In this document: one piece after another, positions 28,001 through 46,824 of the stretch
How positions within the stretch are numbered: position 1 is the stretch's first letter
Layout: the number at the start of each line of letters is the position of its first letter
DNA from: Yuukianura sp. NJ FZ-2021
Lineage: Eukaryota
Direction: 5' to 3'
Assembly (NCBI GenBank): GCA_046563655.1
Contig: CM102285.1
Location: forward strand, 8,246,001-8,310,000
DNA length: 64,000 nt
Translations under genes and position numbers: made by a program
Notes under the pieces: model-generated
The model's input: only the letters and a program-made list of their open reading frames with translations
What the model was told of the DNA's origin: nothing
The model's database searches: none

Positions 28001-31000
28001 ACAACGGAGATGCTTTTGGTTTTTGTTAAAGGAAGTTGAAGTGGAAAGTCGCAGAGTAAACTAAACGCTCATGTTTTTCTAAATTTCAAGTTCAATTGAC
28101 TCAAATCTAGCAAGGAAGTGAACTAGAACTGAAAACTTTTTTGGGAAGAGGGGTGGAGGACATGAAGTTGATAGTGTAGGGCCTACTGAAAATCGTGTGT
28201 CCAATGCAATGGAGGGATGATGAACCTCGTTCAGACTGATGTAGTATGAGTAAGCTCAGCTTTGTTCGTTCGTATTCCACTTCCACATGTATGTCTCTGT
28301 TCGTTGTGCGTGCATGTGTGTGGTAACAATATTTTTGGTTATACTTAATAAATAAAATATCCCTTGAACGTTATAAGAGGAGACCATTTTCCACAGTTGG
28401 ATAGTGGAACAGTGTTCAGTATTCAGTGGATATCAAGCATGAAATCTTCTTGCACCCCCGCACAGTCTCCAAAACATTTTCAAAAAATCTTTGTACACTT
28501 TCCGAAGTACTAGTAAATGTGGCTTCAGAAACAATGGAACGGACAGGGGAGAGGGTTGTATGTATGTAAGTTTATGTTAGAAAAAAACGCTGTAAATGGA
28601 GAGTTACAAAAATAGTAAATGAAATGGTAATGGAGCGTATTTGGAGGGGATTTTAGTTGATGATTAGGATTAGTTTAGAGTCACTTTGTACAAGTGGGGA
28701 AGTTCCATTTCACTGCCTTCAACTTCATGTCAGAGGATGTTGAAATTTCAGGCTTTTAAAAATCGTAAACTCTACAGCACAAAACCATATTTTAGAAAAA
28801 TCCTTCACATAAAAATCGCTTTCCTCCGCGTTCCACTCTTTTTGATTTTTGAAAACACGAACATTTTAAAAGAAACTTTTTCTATGTAAAACTAAATACC
28901 AAAATCACCTTTAATGTCAAACAAATGCATTATGGCCAATTAGCATGTAGGCGTTAATTTAAGAGTTTTTAGTAGAAACAAACCACTATCTCATTAGAGG
29001 TTTCTTAGAATTACTCCGGGAATAAAAGAAGCCGGTTTCGGTTCAAGTTCCGAAATTTCAAATTCCAAATTAAGAATTTGGTTGGAATATTTTGAACTTT
29101 ATAGATGATGCGACTTTCATTTACAATGAAATCGAAATCGAAAACGGTAAACTTTCAGTGGATTCAATTTCCATTGATGGCATCTCATTTTGTATACCAT
29201 TACAAATTACTACTTTTTAAAAAACGGAACAATTGAGATTGGACGTTGGAAATCGATATCACAAACAAACCTCCCACCGATTCCAAAGTCAAAGAACCGC
29301 CACCGCCAGTTACGCCAAAATTCAATTTCGACATTTGCAAAAATTGGTTTTACAACCATAACCCCAACCCCCTCTTCGTATAATGGCCGAAAACCTACAA
29401 AATTGTTCTCGTATTTTAATTTTCAATTTACTAGTTTTTTATTACCTCGTCCAAAAGGTATATGATTTTCAGAAGATCAGAAGAACGGCGGCGGCGTTAA
29501 ACGCAAACTCAGAAAATATCACGCAGCGAGTTATGAAGAAATGTTCAATTCATTTCGGGCTTTTTGCTCGTTAGGCTTTTTGAAATTTTGAACTTTTACG
29601 ACAACCGACAAAAAGTGGCGTGAAGAGTCAAATTCACGGTTGGAAATTGACACAAGAGAAAGGAACGCTTACAAAGACTGAACACTAACTAAACACTTTT
29701 GAAGGCAAATAATTCCAGAAAGATTTACACAGCACTTGGAGCAAAGGTGAGGGCAATTGTTAAGTCAAGTTAAGGTGAACCAGTGACCCTATGCCCAGAC
29801 ATATGCCGTGTAAACATATTTGAAGTGTCGTTACTTAGCAATAGTTGGGATGGAGCCATGAAGTCATTGAGCATCACAAGAGGATTGAAAAGCCCGAAAT
29901 TTCCTGGAAAGATGAGTAAACACCGGGAAGAGCCAAACGAAAATCCAACCTTCCATTATCACATTTTAGAACATAAAAAGTGTGAATCCAAAGATGCGTT
30001 TTCCTGATTCATTCATTCATTTGCTCACTTATTCACAAGATTACTCATTTTGGTAAAGCATCTCCTGCAATTTCGAGCAATTCGAACAAGCTTCACATTC
30101 TTTGCAATTCCCATGAAAAGGAACCTACCGTAAATCTTCTAATAAACGGCGGTCTTCGATAGAAGCCTGTATCACAATGGAAAATTCTAAAATACAGTGA
30201 GTGCCACGAAAACCTGCACACCTCCACAGTAATTATTTTGTTTATTTTGCGAAATCTGGGGGGAAACATGTTGCACAAAACAACATAACAAAATCCTGTC
30301 TAAATATTAGAGAGTAATTTCAACTCACTTTATAGAGTTTATAGAATATGAATATAAAATATAGAATGGAATGCTCCATATTCTATATTTTGCGATTATG
30401 AGAAATAAAGAAAAGTTCTACATTTCGATTAGAAATATAGAATACAGGAAGAAGAATTCGCTGATTGGCAAAATTGACTTGTGCGCACCAACTGCGCACC
30501 AACTGCGCACTAACTGCGCACCAACTGCGCACTAACTGCGCACCAACTGCGCACCAACTGCGCACCAACTGCGCACCAACTGCGCACCAACTGCGCACCA
30601 ACTGCGCACCAACTGCGCACCAACTGCGCACCAACTGCGCACCAACTGCGCACCAACTGCGCACCAACTGCGCAGCTGTGCAATAAGTTCCATATTTCAT
30701 ATTTCCGCTTTGTATTTCGGTTTGCAATTACTCTCTAATTCGAATTCTCAACTCAGGTTGTGTAGGAACAGGATTTCCTCCATAGTTTGAGTTGTTACCA
30801 TGGAAATAAATTTAGGGTGTGCAGGTTTTCGTGGCACTCACTGTAGAAGCCAGTCTCCAATACAAGCCTGGAGACTTGAAAAATAAATAGCCCGGCCTTG
30901 TATTAGAAGTTTTACGGTAATTTTTTTTATTTAAAATTAATTTCTAAAATTAAATCTAATTTGTGTTGAAAAAATGGAAAATTTCTAAAGGAAGGAGAAG

Positions 31001-33759
31001 ATCGAGTTGCAAAGCATTTGTTTAACATCTGCCACTTCCACTTCCATTTTCTTTAAAAGAGCACGCAGGAGTTCCAAAAAATAAAATTTCAACTTGAAGT
31101 TACTGTAAGCTACGTAGAGAATGAAAGTTCCTTTATGACATTTATGTACCGACTCAAGATTACTGAGTATTTTGAAATCAGTTGAAATGAGTCCAAGTTC
31201 AAACTTATTTCAAAACAGTTCGAGAATAAATGACGCTACGCCCTCTCGAACATTGACTTTTAGAAAAAGATCATAAACCTTTCGTTTTCATTTCAGTTCA
31301 AACAGTCGCAGAAGATCTTGACCTCATTTTCAAAAATTTTACGAGTCAATAACACTTTTGCTCGATCCATGAAACCTTGCAGTACAACTGTCAATTACCG
31401 AAATTAAAAACAAATAAAAATATTGTCTGATTTAAAAAATATAACGCTTGGTGCTGCAAATTCAAAAGAAGTAGGAAAAGTTTAGAATTCTTGATTTTTT
31501 TTTTTAAATTACCTTTGCGTTGTTTGAGAAATGGAAGTTTCTTTAGTTGATCTCGGATTTTCCAGTGCGGAATGAGCGAGTACGATCTGTGATGCCTTGG
31601 TTTCGGAGTCTTATAATCCGAGACTTTACTGTCACCGTCTTCTTCCGGTTCTGCTCCCTTCAAGTACTCCTGACCACAATCCTCTGTGGGCCCTTGACTC
31701 GAAATGTGCTTCACACCGGGTGAATTCTGCACTAAAGTTTGATCTTGGTACTTGGAAGCTGTAACACTCCGCTCCAGTTTCTTCCTACGACCAAGTGTAG
31801 CCGAAAGGCCTCGTAGGATTTCATTACCATTTCCTCCAACACTGCTCTTGTCTTCAATGCCGCCACTCCCGGCTCCACCGGAAGCACAACACGAACCACA
31901 TGTCTCACTTTTGTTCTTCTTATGGCCACTGCGCCCATTCCAGACGCCATTCTGAACACCATTGAAATGACAGTCGCTATCTAAACTGACACTGTTCTTT
32001 AAGTCCTTCAAGGACCCTGCAGTACTGTTTGAATAACAATGGGCACTGGAACCCAGCCGAGAGAAGGCCACTTGGACACCACTGTCCATACTTAGACTCT
32101 GCTGGTGACAACTGGAGAATCGACTGGCCTTGTCATTAGTCTGGAGCATTGGTCTTCGTCTGATACTGGTCATGTCACTAGGAAGGACAGTGGAGCTGGT
32201 TGGTTCTGGAGGTGAAATGTTAGAATAACTATGACTCTCAATTTCAGCCGTGGAGTCCAGCAGAAGATTCTCTACATCGAGGTTCAACTGATCCAGAACA
32301 CGGTCATGACCTTGCTGAACTTCTGCCACTTCGGCTAAGATGCTGCCGCTGGAAGTGTTTGTGTAGTATTTTGGATGATGAGCTACACGTTCATTCTCAG
32401 CTATCGAGTGTAGGTCACTTGATGTTGGACACATGTACCTAGCAACGTCACTGATTTCTTCGTACTCGTTTTCACTGGCATGAGTGTAGGGATACTGGCC
32501 ACTGGCCACTGTTCGATCGATTCCAAACTCCGGAGGAACTGAACCGACATTCCCGTTGTTCACTGGCCAACTAGTATCTCCGCTTGCACTACTTCGCTGT
32601 TGCAGTAATGTAGCTTCTCTTTGGAGCTGTTCCAGAATACTTGGCCCATTGTCACCACTATTACCGGCTCCGTTGAAAACAAACCTTGAATTGGGTCCAA
32701 CTGGCTGGGATTCCCCGACCACTGTTGAGTCATACACGTAGGAGTATGGGTCGGAGTCTGAGTTGTTGGAATTCGAATTGCTATTAGTGCTAATAGGATG
32801 AGAAAACACCGGGAAATTACTTCCGGAGGTACTTGGGCAATTAGAAGTAGCTGTCGACGGTTGTTTTAGGTCTTCAATGTAACCTTCGTCCACCAGTCCA
32901 CCGTTGCTCATCGGCTGCTGCTGTTGATGCGACTGCAAGGAGACAAAAGAAATCCAATAAAGTGATGCCTTAGTTTTACAAATTCTGAACAAAATCACGC
33001 AACTGCTAAAAAATTTCTTTTGTGTTCAATAAATCGATTTTGGACCTAATTTAGAATTCCTTGAAGCTTTTTGGATTGACCACGCAGCTCTATACTCAAA
33101 ATGGTTAAAATAGTAATAATGTTTACCATTTGTCGTTGCTTAACAAAATGCTGTTGGAGGTTTGGTGGATGACGCTTTCTGGTTCTCGGTTGATGATTTC
33201 TAGTAAAATACTGTTGGCCATTTGAGTATCGTTGTTGGGGTGGTTGGCAATTGGTAAGTGGTAGGCCATATTGACCTTCACAGTTGCCATTGGGTACCCC
33301 TTGGGGATGAGGGTGATGGTGAAACTGAGCCTGTTGCTGCAGGAAACAATACTGTTGGTACTGGGGGTTGTAGAAATGGGGGTGATTGTAATTCGCCAGG
33401 TCAAAGTGCCCTGGGTCAACTATTGACCCATCAGGACCTCCACAATTGTGATACTGTCCTCTAGGATTGTTGTAACCGTAGTAAGACGATGGAACGCCAA
33501 TGGAATTGTGGCAGGAGTCCCAGTATTGAGCTTGTTGCTCAAGCTGAAACTGGAACTGGCTAAGATGGTAGAGATGAGGTGGGTAGTGCCCGTTGTTGGG
33601 CCCTGTTTGCATGTTAGTGTCTCCAGGAACCTGTGTCAAGGGGCCAGAAGAGTGATCTGACACAGGAAATTTGGATTTCCGGTAGGGTGATGCCGTGTAA
33701 CGAACCGAGAAAGGCCAATTTTGAGAATCTTCTGAACCCCCTCCACCATTGTACGCCAT
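16042..33759 (-). CDS. ARHGEF10: Rho guanine nucleotide exchange factor of the ARHGEF10 family (DH-PH plus C-terminal beta-propeller), up to about 2147 aa
   Basis: In-frame exon chain 33127-33759, 31513-32932, 23962-24210, (23663-23873, 22930-23030 less certain), 20464-20891, 19451-19840, 18345-19367, 18044-18273, 17587-17875, 16042-17511. DH domain RRHIVAAIVHSENNYV...[51 protein letters not shown] closely resembles ARHGEF10. C-terminal LWIGTNLGVVLTIPLPRLEGVP...SYHGY.GPV.FL and LMVWQ are also typical. Linking the low-complexity N-terminal exons rests on splice phase only. Confidence 0.88.
27131..27194 (-). CDS. Probable alternative first coding exon of the RhoGEF (MSWYFPNATPETSEPEIILTH)
   Basis: ATG in a GCC ATG context at 27194, 64 nt, strong GTAAGT donor. 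Phase 1 matches the acceptor at 24210 (T+AC = Tyr, then KLKKTES). Confidence 0.5.
30195..30843. mobile_element. Non-autonomous Tc1/mariner-type element (649 bp) nested in the CCGTA MITE
   Basis: Perfect 28-bp TIR cagtgagtgccacgaaaacctgcacacc / ggtgtgcaggttttcgtggcactcactg, with TA at 30193-30194 and 30844-30845. Confidence 0.85.
30482..30674. repeat. 11-bp minisatellite (TGCGCACCAAC), about 17.5 copies
   Basis: Direct tandem repeat with two variant units (TGCGCACTAAC). It produces the periodic spurious ORFs at 30383-30727 and 30465-30686. Confidence 0.97.
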
Positions 33760-36700
33760 TCTTCTTCAGTCTGAGAGCAGCAAAAGAAACGGCGCCTGGA
33801 AGTTTAGAAGAAAAGAATTTTAGTTGCTGAATAGCACGCACTGTTACGTGACTACTGAATCCGGGTAATGAGGGCAAACAAACATTTTCACTTAAACTTG
33901 TGGCAACATTTTGTGACAATTATTCAATTTGAAAGATGCGAGTTATGGTAAATGGAGGACCATAAAAGCCTTTTCCAGTTTTCACTTTCCTGTGCTCATT
34001 TACTAAAATCAAATTAAAGTTTGCAATGATGTGTTTTATTAAATTATTGATCATCTAAGCCCTTGAATTTATTTCAAAGTCAAGGTAAGCGACCCCTGCT
34101 AGATTTCCGGTATGAGGGTGAGCAGAATTCCAGGAACAAAGTAGGGGGATGTTTCCACCCCCTTACGCCCTATCATGAATAGAATTGGTGTGAATGGTGC
34201 TAGCCACAATAAACGAAACAAAAAATTATTCACAAAATGTTTTTTAGTTTGCGTTTGCTGTTACAGGTTAACATCCTACTACTGCATAACCTTCACTTAA
34301 CTTTAATTCAAGTAGAATTTAAAACGCAATGGCTTAAGGTGTTATGATGTCATTCACACCCAATTTTCCACTCCCTCTGACTCATTGTGAATCATATTTC
34401 AGAACTTAAATTATGAATTGAAATCGAATGATCTAAATTCTAAGGTTCTTTTAGCTCTCAAGTTTTACGCCGACTGTAACTATAAAAATTAAATCGTTGC
34501 ATGTTGACCTAGCACTGGATTTTCAGTTCACCACCTCACTTCAAATGTCTTGCTCTCAATGGACTTGACTTAAATTTAAACACTTGAGATCAGTCACACG
34601 AGACGGCTTGCCGTCAGCAATTTAACAAACGTTAAAACTCTCGCTGTTTATCGAACCGCCAACTTCCAATGTTAAGTGCTAAAGTATTGCCCAACTAAAA
34701 AGCATAAAAATTCTTATTTTTAAAGCAAAATTATGCATTTGACAGCAAGTACTCACCTTTACCTTTTCACAATTTGTGGCTACTACTTGACACGTGATAT
34801 TTAGTTACAGTGAAAACTAAGATGCTTACAGCTATTGAGTAGGAATTGAGTGATTTAAGAGTTGAAGCGACATCACAAACACTTAACTTTACTTGAACTT
34901 AACTTTTAAATTAACTTGTTAGCCTAACTCAAAGAGATGATCTTCCGGAGAGCGTGCCACAGATAAAGGTCACTCCAAATGAAGCACTTTGCAAATCACT
35001 GCTGACTGCTTTATGAAATGAGCTCATTGCAAGTTGCTGCTCACCTGAACTATGGGTCGTTAGTGTTAGCGTTAATCGACTCCACCAAAATTTAACAAAA
35101 ACGAATCTGTTGAGGTACGTTTGAAAGGGAAACTGGGATCTTAAAAGCATAAAAGCACGAGGGGGATGCAAGGAACAAGGTGAGAGACTGCAAAGTTGCC
35201 TACTATACGTTATTCTTCCCTATGTCTTACCTGTGTAGTTACTTCCTTAAGTACAACTTTTACCTTCGGTTACGGACCAACGGCCCTTTGCCGTTTGCTT
35301 CTTTGTTCTCCTACCTTTCGGCTATAACTTTTTGTAAGGTTCCATCAAAACATGTTATTTTGACTATTTTTTGTTGTTTTTTCTTACATTTTGAGCAGAT
35401 GGGTAGTGGTTAAGTGGCCCTCACATATTTCGTAAGAGGTGTCTTAAAAATTCCAACACCTACGTATCTGTCTGTCTAGTGAGTGCTTCCTGTGGTTTAA
35501 TGGAATCTAGTGTTTTTCCATCTTGAAATGCGAGTATTGGTGGTTTAACGATTTGCGAATCTCATCAATCCGAAAAAAAATTTTTTTTGCGGGAAAATCT
35601 TGTTCTGTTCAACAACATTCTCGGAAGTATTTGCATTAGCTACGGTACAGCTGTAGGGGCAAAACGATTTAAAAAAAAACACTGTTTTTGAAAATTTCGT
35701 TAACTGAAACTAATTTTTCAAAATTCAAGGCACCATTTATTTGAAGATTCATTTGAAGTTTCGTAGGTATAAGGAAGACACGCTAAGTTTTAATACAAAG
35801 TGGCGTTGGTTTAATACTAAAAATTTGGCCCGCTCTGCCCTCTTGTGCATTTTGGTTGCAACTACTCCAAACAATTGAATTGTGTTTTTGAATTTTTTGT
35901 AGTGGGTGGGTCTAGTACAGGGGTAACTTCATATGTGGTAGGACATTTATATTATGATCTTTGAATGGGATTCAGAAGTAAATACACCTAGATTTCCATG
36001 CTTTACTGCGTTGATAATTAAGATTAGTTAAAGCAGCTGGTAATTGACTAAGTTTAGCATAGACAAGATGCTGATGAAAAGTAACTTCCTTTGTTTGAAT
36101 GGGCTTCGTCGTTTTAGCCGGCATAGCCTACGACAGCAGAAGTTGAACTTGGTTGAGGGAGGACAGAGGCAAATGGGAAAAATCAATGAATCAATCCACA
36201 GCCAGTTTGCCCCACCCTCTCTTCAAAACAGGCGCCGGGTTTTCAGCCCCTATGAGGGATTGAAGAATGCAAAACAGCAAAATTTGAACCATGAAAAATA
36301 ATATAACTTTTCATTTAACATTATGTTGATAATGACGATACGAATACATTGGGTATTATTATATATACCAACTATAACTACATTCAAGCCGCTGGTTCCA
36401 AATCTAGATTTAGAAAACTTGTGTGGTAATGATATAAATAAAATTGAAATCATATGATTTAAAGCCGCAACAAGCGAAGTTCATAAAAAGTTAATAAATA
36501 ACAAATATGTCAATAAACAAAGTTGTATTGTATTTGTAGGTTGTTAGGCGTATTCCTCCAAAATTCATACACCTTTGAAAGACGTTGTTTTTGTGTTTGT
36601 GTGAAATCCAAATTACATAGTAATATTAAGCAATCATAAATATTGGTGCTTTTACCAAACGCTAAAAATACTTCAGCCTCACTTAATTTACCAATAAACA

Positions 36701-37181
36701 CAAAAAACGCTGGTAATAATCTGGTAAAAATTATGCGACAATTTTAATTAACAAAGAAATTCAAAATACTATATTAGCTGTACACCTAAAATGGGATTGG
36801 CTTGGCCAGGCCCGAAAAGGAAAAAGGCTAACATAATAGTGCTTTCATATTAATCACATAGTTGTTGTAAATAACGCTAGATTTCTTATATGATTATTAC
36901 TAATTTAGTCATTATATATACGTTTGTTTCGTTATGGTATGTTTTTCTCCTCATACTTTTCCTTCCCTCTCCCGAGTTAGCCGGGTTCCCTTTGTTCTGT
37001 GGAACTCGACGTTCGTTCGTTGGCAGTTTCTTTGCTCCCCTCGCTTCTTCACTCATCCGGCGTCGCTCTTCAAGAACGGTCAGACAGACGAGTTCCTTAC
37101 CTCTTCGAACCAAGCTTCAACCTAACGGCAAGTTAATCGATTATTCAGTCTTAATTTACACCACTTAAATCAACAATCAAT

Positions 37182-39765
<2,584 letters not shown>

Positions 39766-40743
39766 AGACAGAGAAGCTGAGTTAGAAGAACTGCAGGAGC
39801 ATCTTTAAGAACATCCAATTGTAATGCCTTACCCGCAATTCTTTTCACTTTCTATTTAGCCATTGTTTTGATTTTGACTCATTGAATACTTTTGTAAGCT
39901 TAATTAAATAATCAGCAAAAGCAACTCCCTGCAGGATTTAAACCTTTTTCTGCTGTAAAATGATAGCACTGTTTTCAATTCTATTGGATTTGTGTACACA
40001 AAATATCGTTACACTTTAGAAAAATTAACTCTGTTTATCTGTTGTCGTTAAATAAAATTTCTGCTTTTGCGTAATTTGTTTGGACTTCTCCGATTTCTCA
40101 TTTCTTAATTTGTTTTAATTACTCTGAGCATATCTAGTTCTAACGAGTTTAGTTACGTAACGAGTGTTGCGGTTTCTTTGCATAGTTGTTTGTGCACTAA
40201 AGTCATTAGACTAGACACATTTGATGACATGTGCGTTGACCCGGCTTTGGAAGTGACAGTTCATATAAATAACTTTAGCTGAGGGTTACGTCATGCGAGA
40301 TTAAGTTAACTTTAACTTGTTTCCAATGTATAATTCTGTAACCCCGCAGTGGTTATGGGCTGGGTAACCACCGGTACCTTGTACCAAGTGGGAGTGCAGT
40401 TGCCTAGGATTTGCCAGTGGAAGGCGTACCTGTCTTGTGTGGGTGGTTATGGTTAGTCGTCCCACTACCACCAACCACCTCTTCCATCAACTGCTGGCTT
40501 CATCATAACAATAAGACTAAGGTGGATCAGAGACTGACTCCAACATTAAGATCCAACTTCCCTTTTACGGTAATCTTCTAGTCTTAATTATCATCTTCAA
40601 GCTTCGCAGAGTCTTCCTTGGACACCATCAGCCTAACCATTTCATTCCTCTGGTGACCACCGACCTCGACAGCCAAAAGTTCAACAAGCTCCTCTCTTTT
40701 ACGACGTCTTTTGACCTCTGCCGCGCATTCCACACTCATCATC

Positions 40744-46005
<5,262 letters not shown>

Positions 46006-46824
46006 ACATTTCAAGGGTCAAGCACATTCAGATCAAAGATTTCAATCATAAACCAACTTTGGATTATTTGGATCGGAGTCTAGATTTTAGTTGAGCGAAA
46101 TGCTTTGAAAAGTTTTTTAACCCTGTGCTTTTCATTCCAACTATTGCTGTTTTAAATCCCAAAACATAACGTTTTAAACTATATGGGGCTCTTGTAACTA
46201 ATTTCAATCATGTAAAAATTTAATGGAACTTAAGAAACGATAATTAACTGCTTGTATTAAAAAATATGGTGCGAATACCAAAAACTAAACTCTGAACATG
46301 AATTTGCGCGTGTCAACACTGTATCCGTACAACTTGGATTTGTTCTACTTTTTGGTGCATTGTTTCCTGATATTTATCTGCTCTTTTTATCAACACTAAT
46401 TTTAGTAACTCCAAAATATGCTTCAGCCAAGTAATTCGAAACGACACTAGGCTTCCTGTTCCTGATGCTGCCGGCCGTATCTCGAATGATTGTTGACGTC
46501 GTGCCTAACAGTGAAAACACAAGGTTTTTTATGACGCCATTCTCTGGTCCCCAGTTGGTTTGGTTTCATAAGTGAAAACGATTAGATTATACTCACAAAA
46601 AATAGCTGCATTAGCAATTTTCCAACTGATAATTAAAATTCAGTTTGGAAACTGGGATTCTGCACGTTTAGTCAGTCATGAGGTTTTCCCTGTTTTTATA
46701 CCATATGCACTGTTTACTAACTTTAGTCCAGGATGCAGTTTGAATGACAAGGGAAATGTGAATTGTCGTGGTTTGTGGCTGGACAAAGTCACTGCTCGAT
46801 TCCATCTCTGATTCAACCGCCATC

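Larger units (their letters stand above)
30128..30917. mobile_element. Short CCGTA-terminal MITE (Tc2/pogo-like ends, about 139 bp), split by a nested insertion
   Basis: TA|ccgtaaatcttctaata ... tattagaagttttacgg|TA. Removing the inner element (30195-30843) and one TA restores an internal 'atagaagcc' motif that is also present at about 30159. Confidence 0.75.

Noticed and set aside
30383..30727. Periodic ORFs (AQLVRSWCAVG)n and (AHQLRTNCAPT)n; possible CRISPR-like array
   Set aside because: These are translations of an 11-bp tandem minisatellite inside a MITE. There are no unique spacers, and the DNA is eukaryotic.
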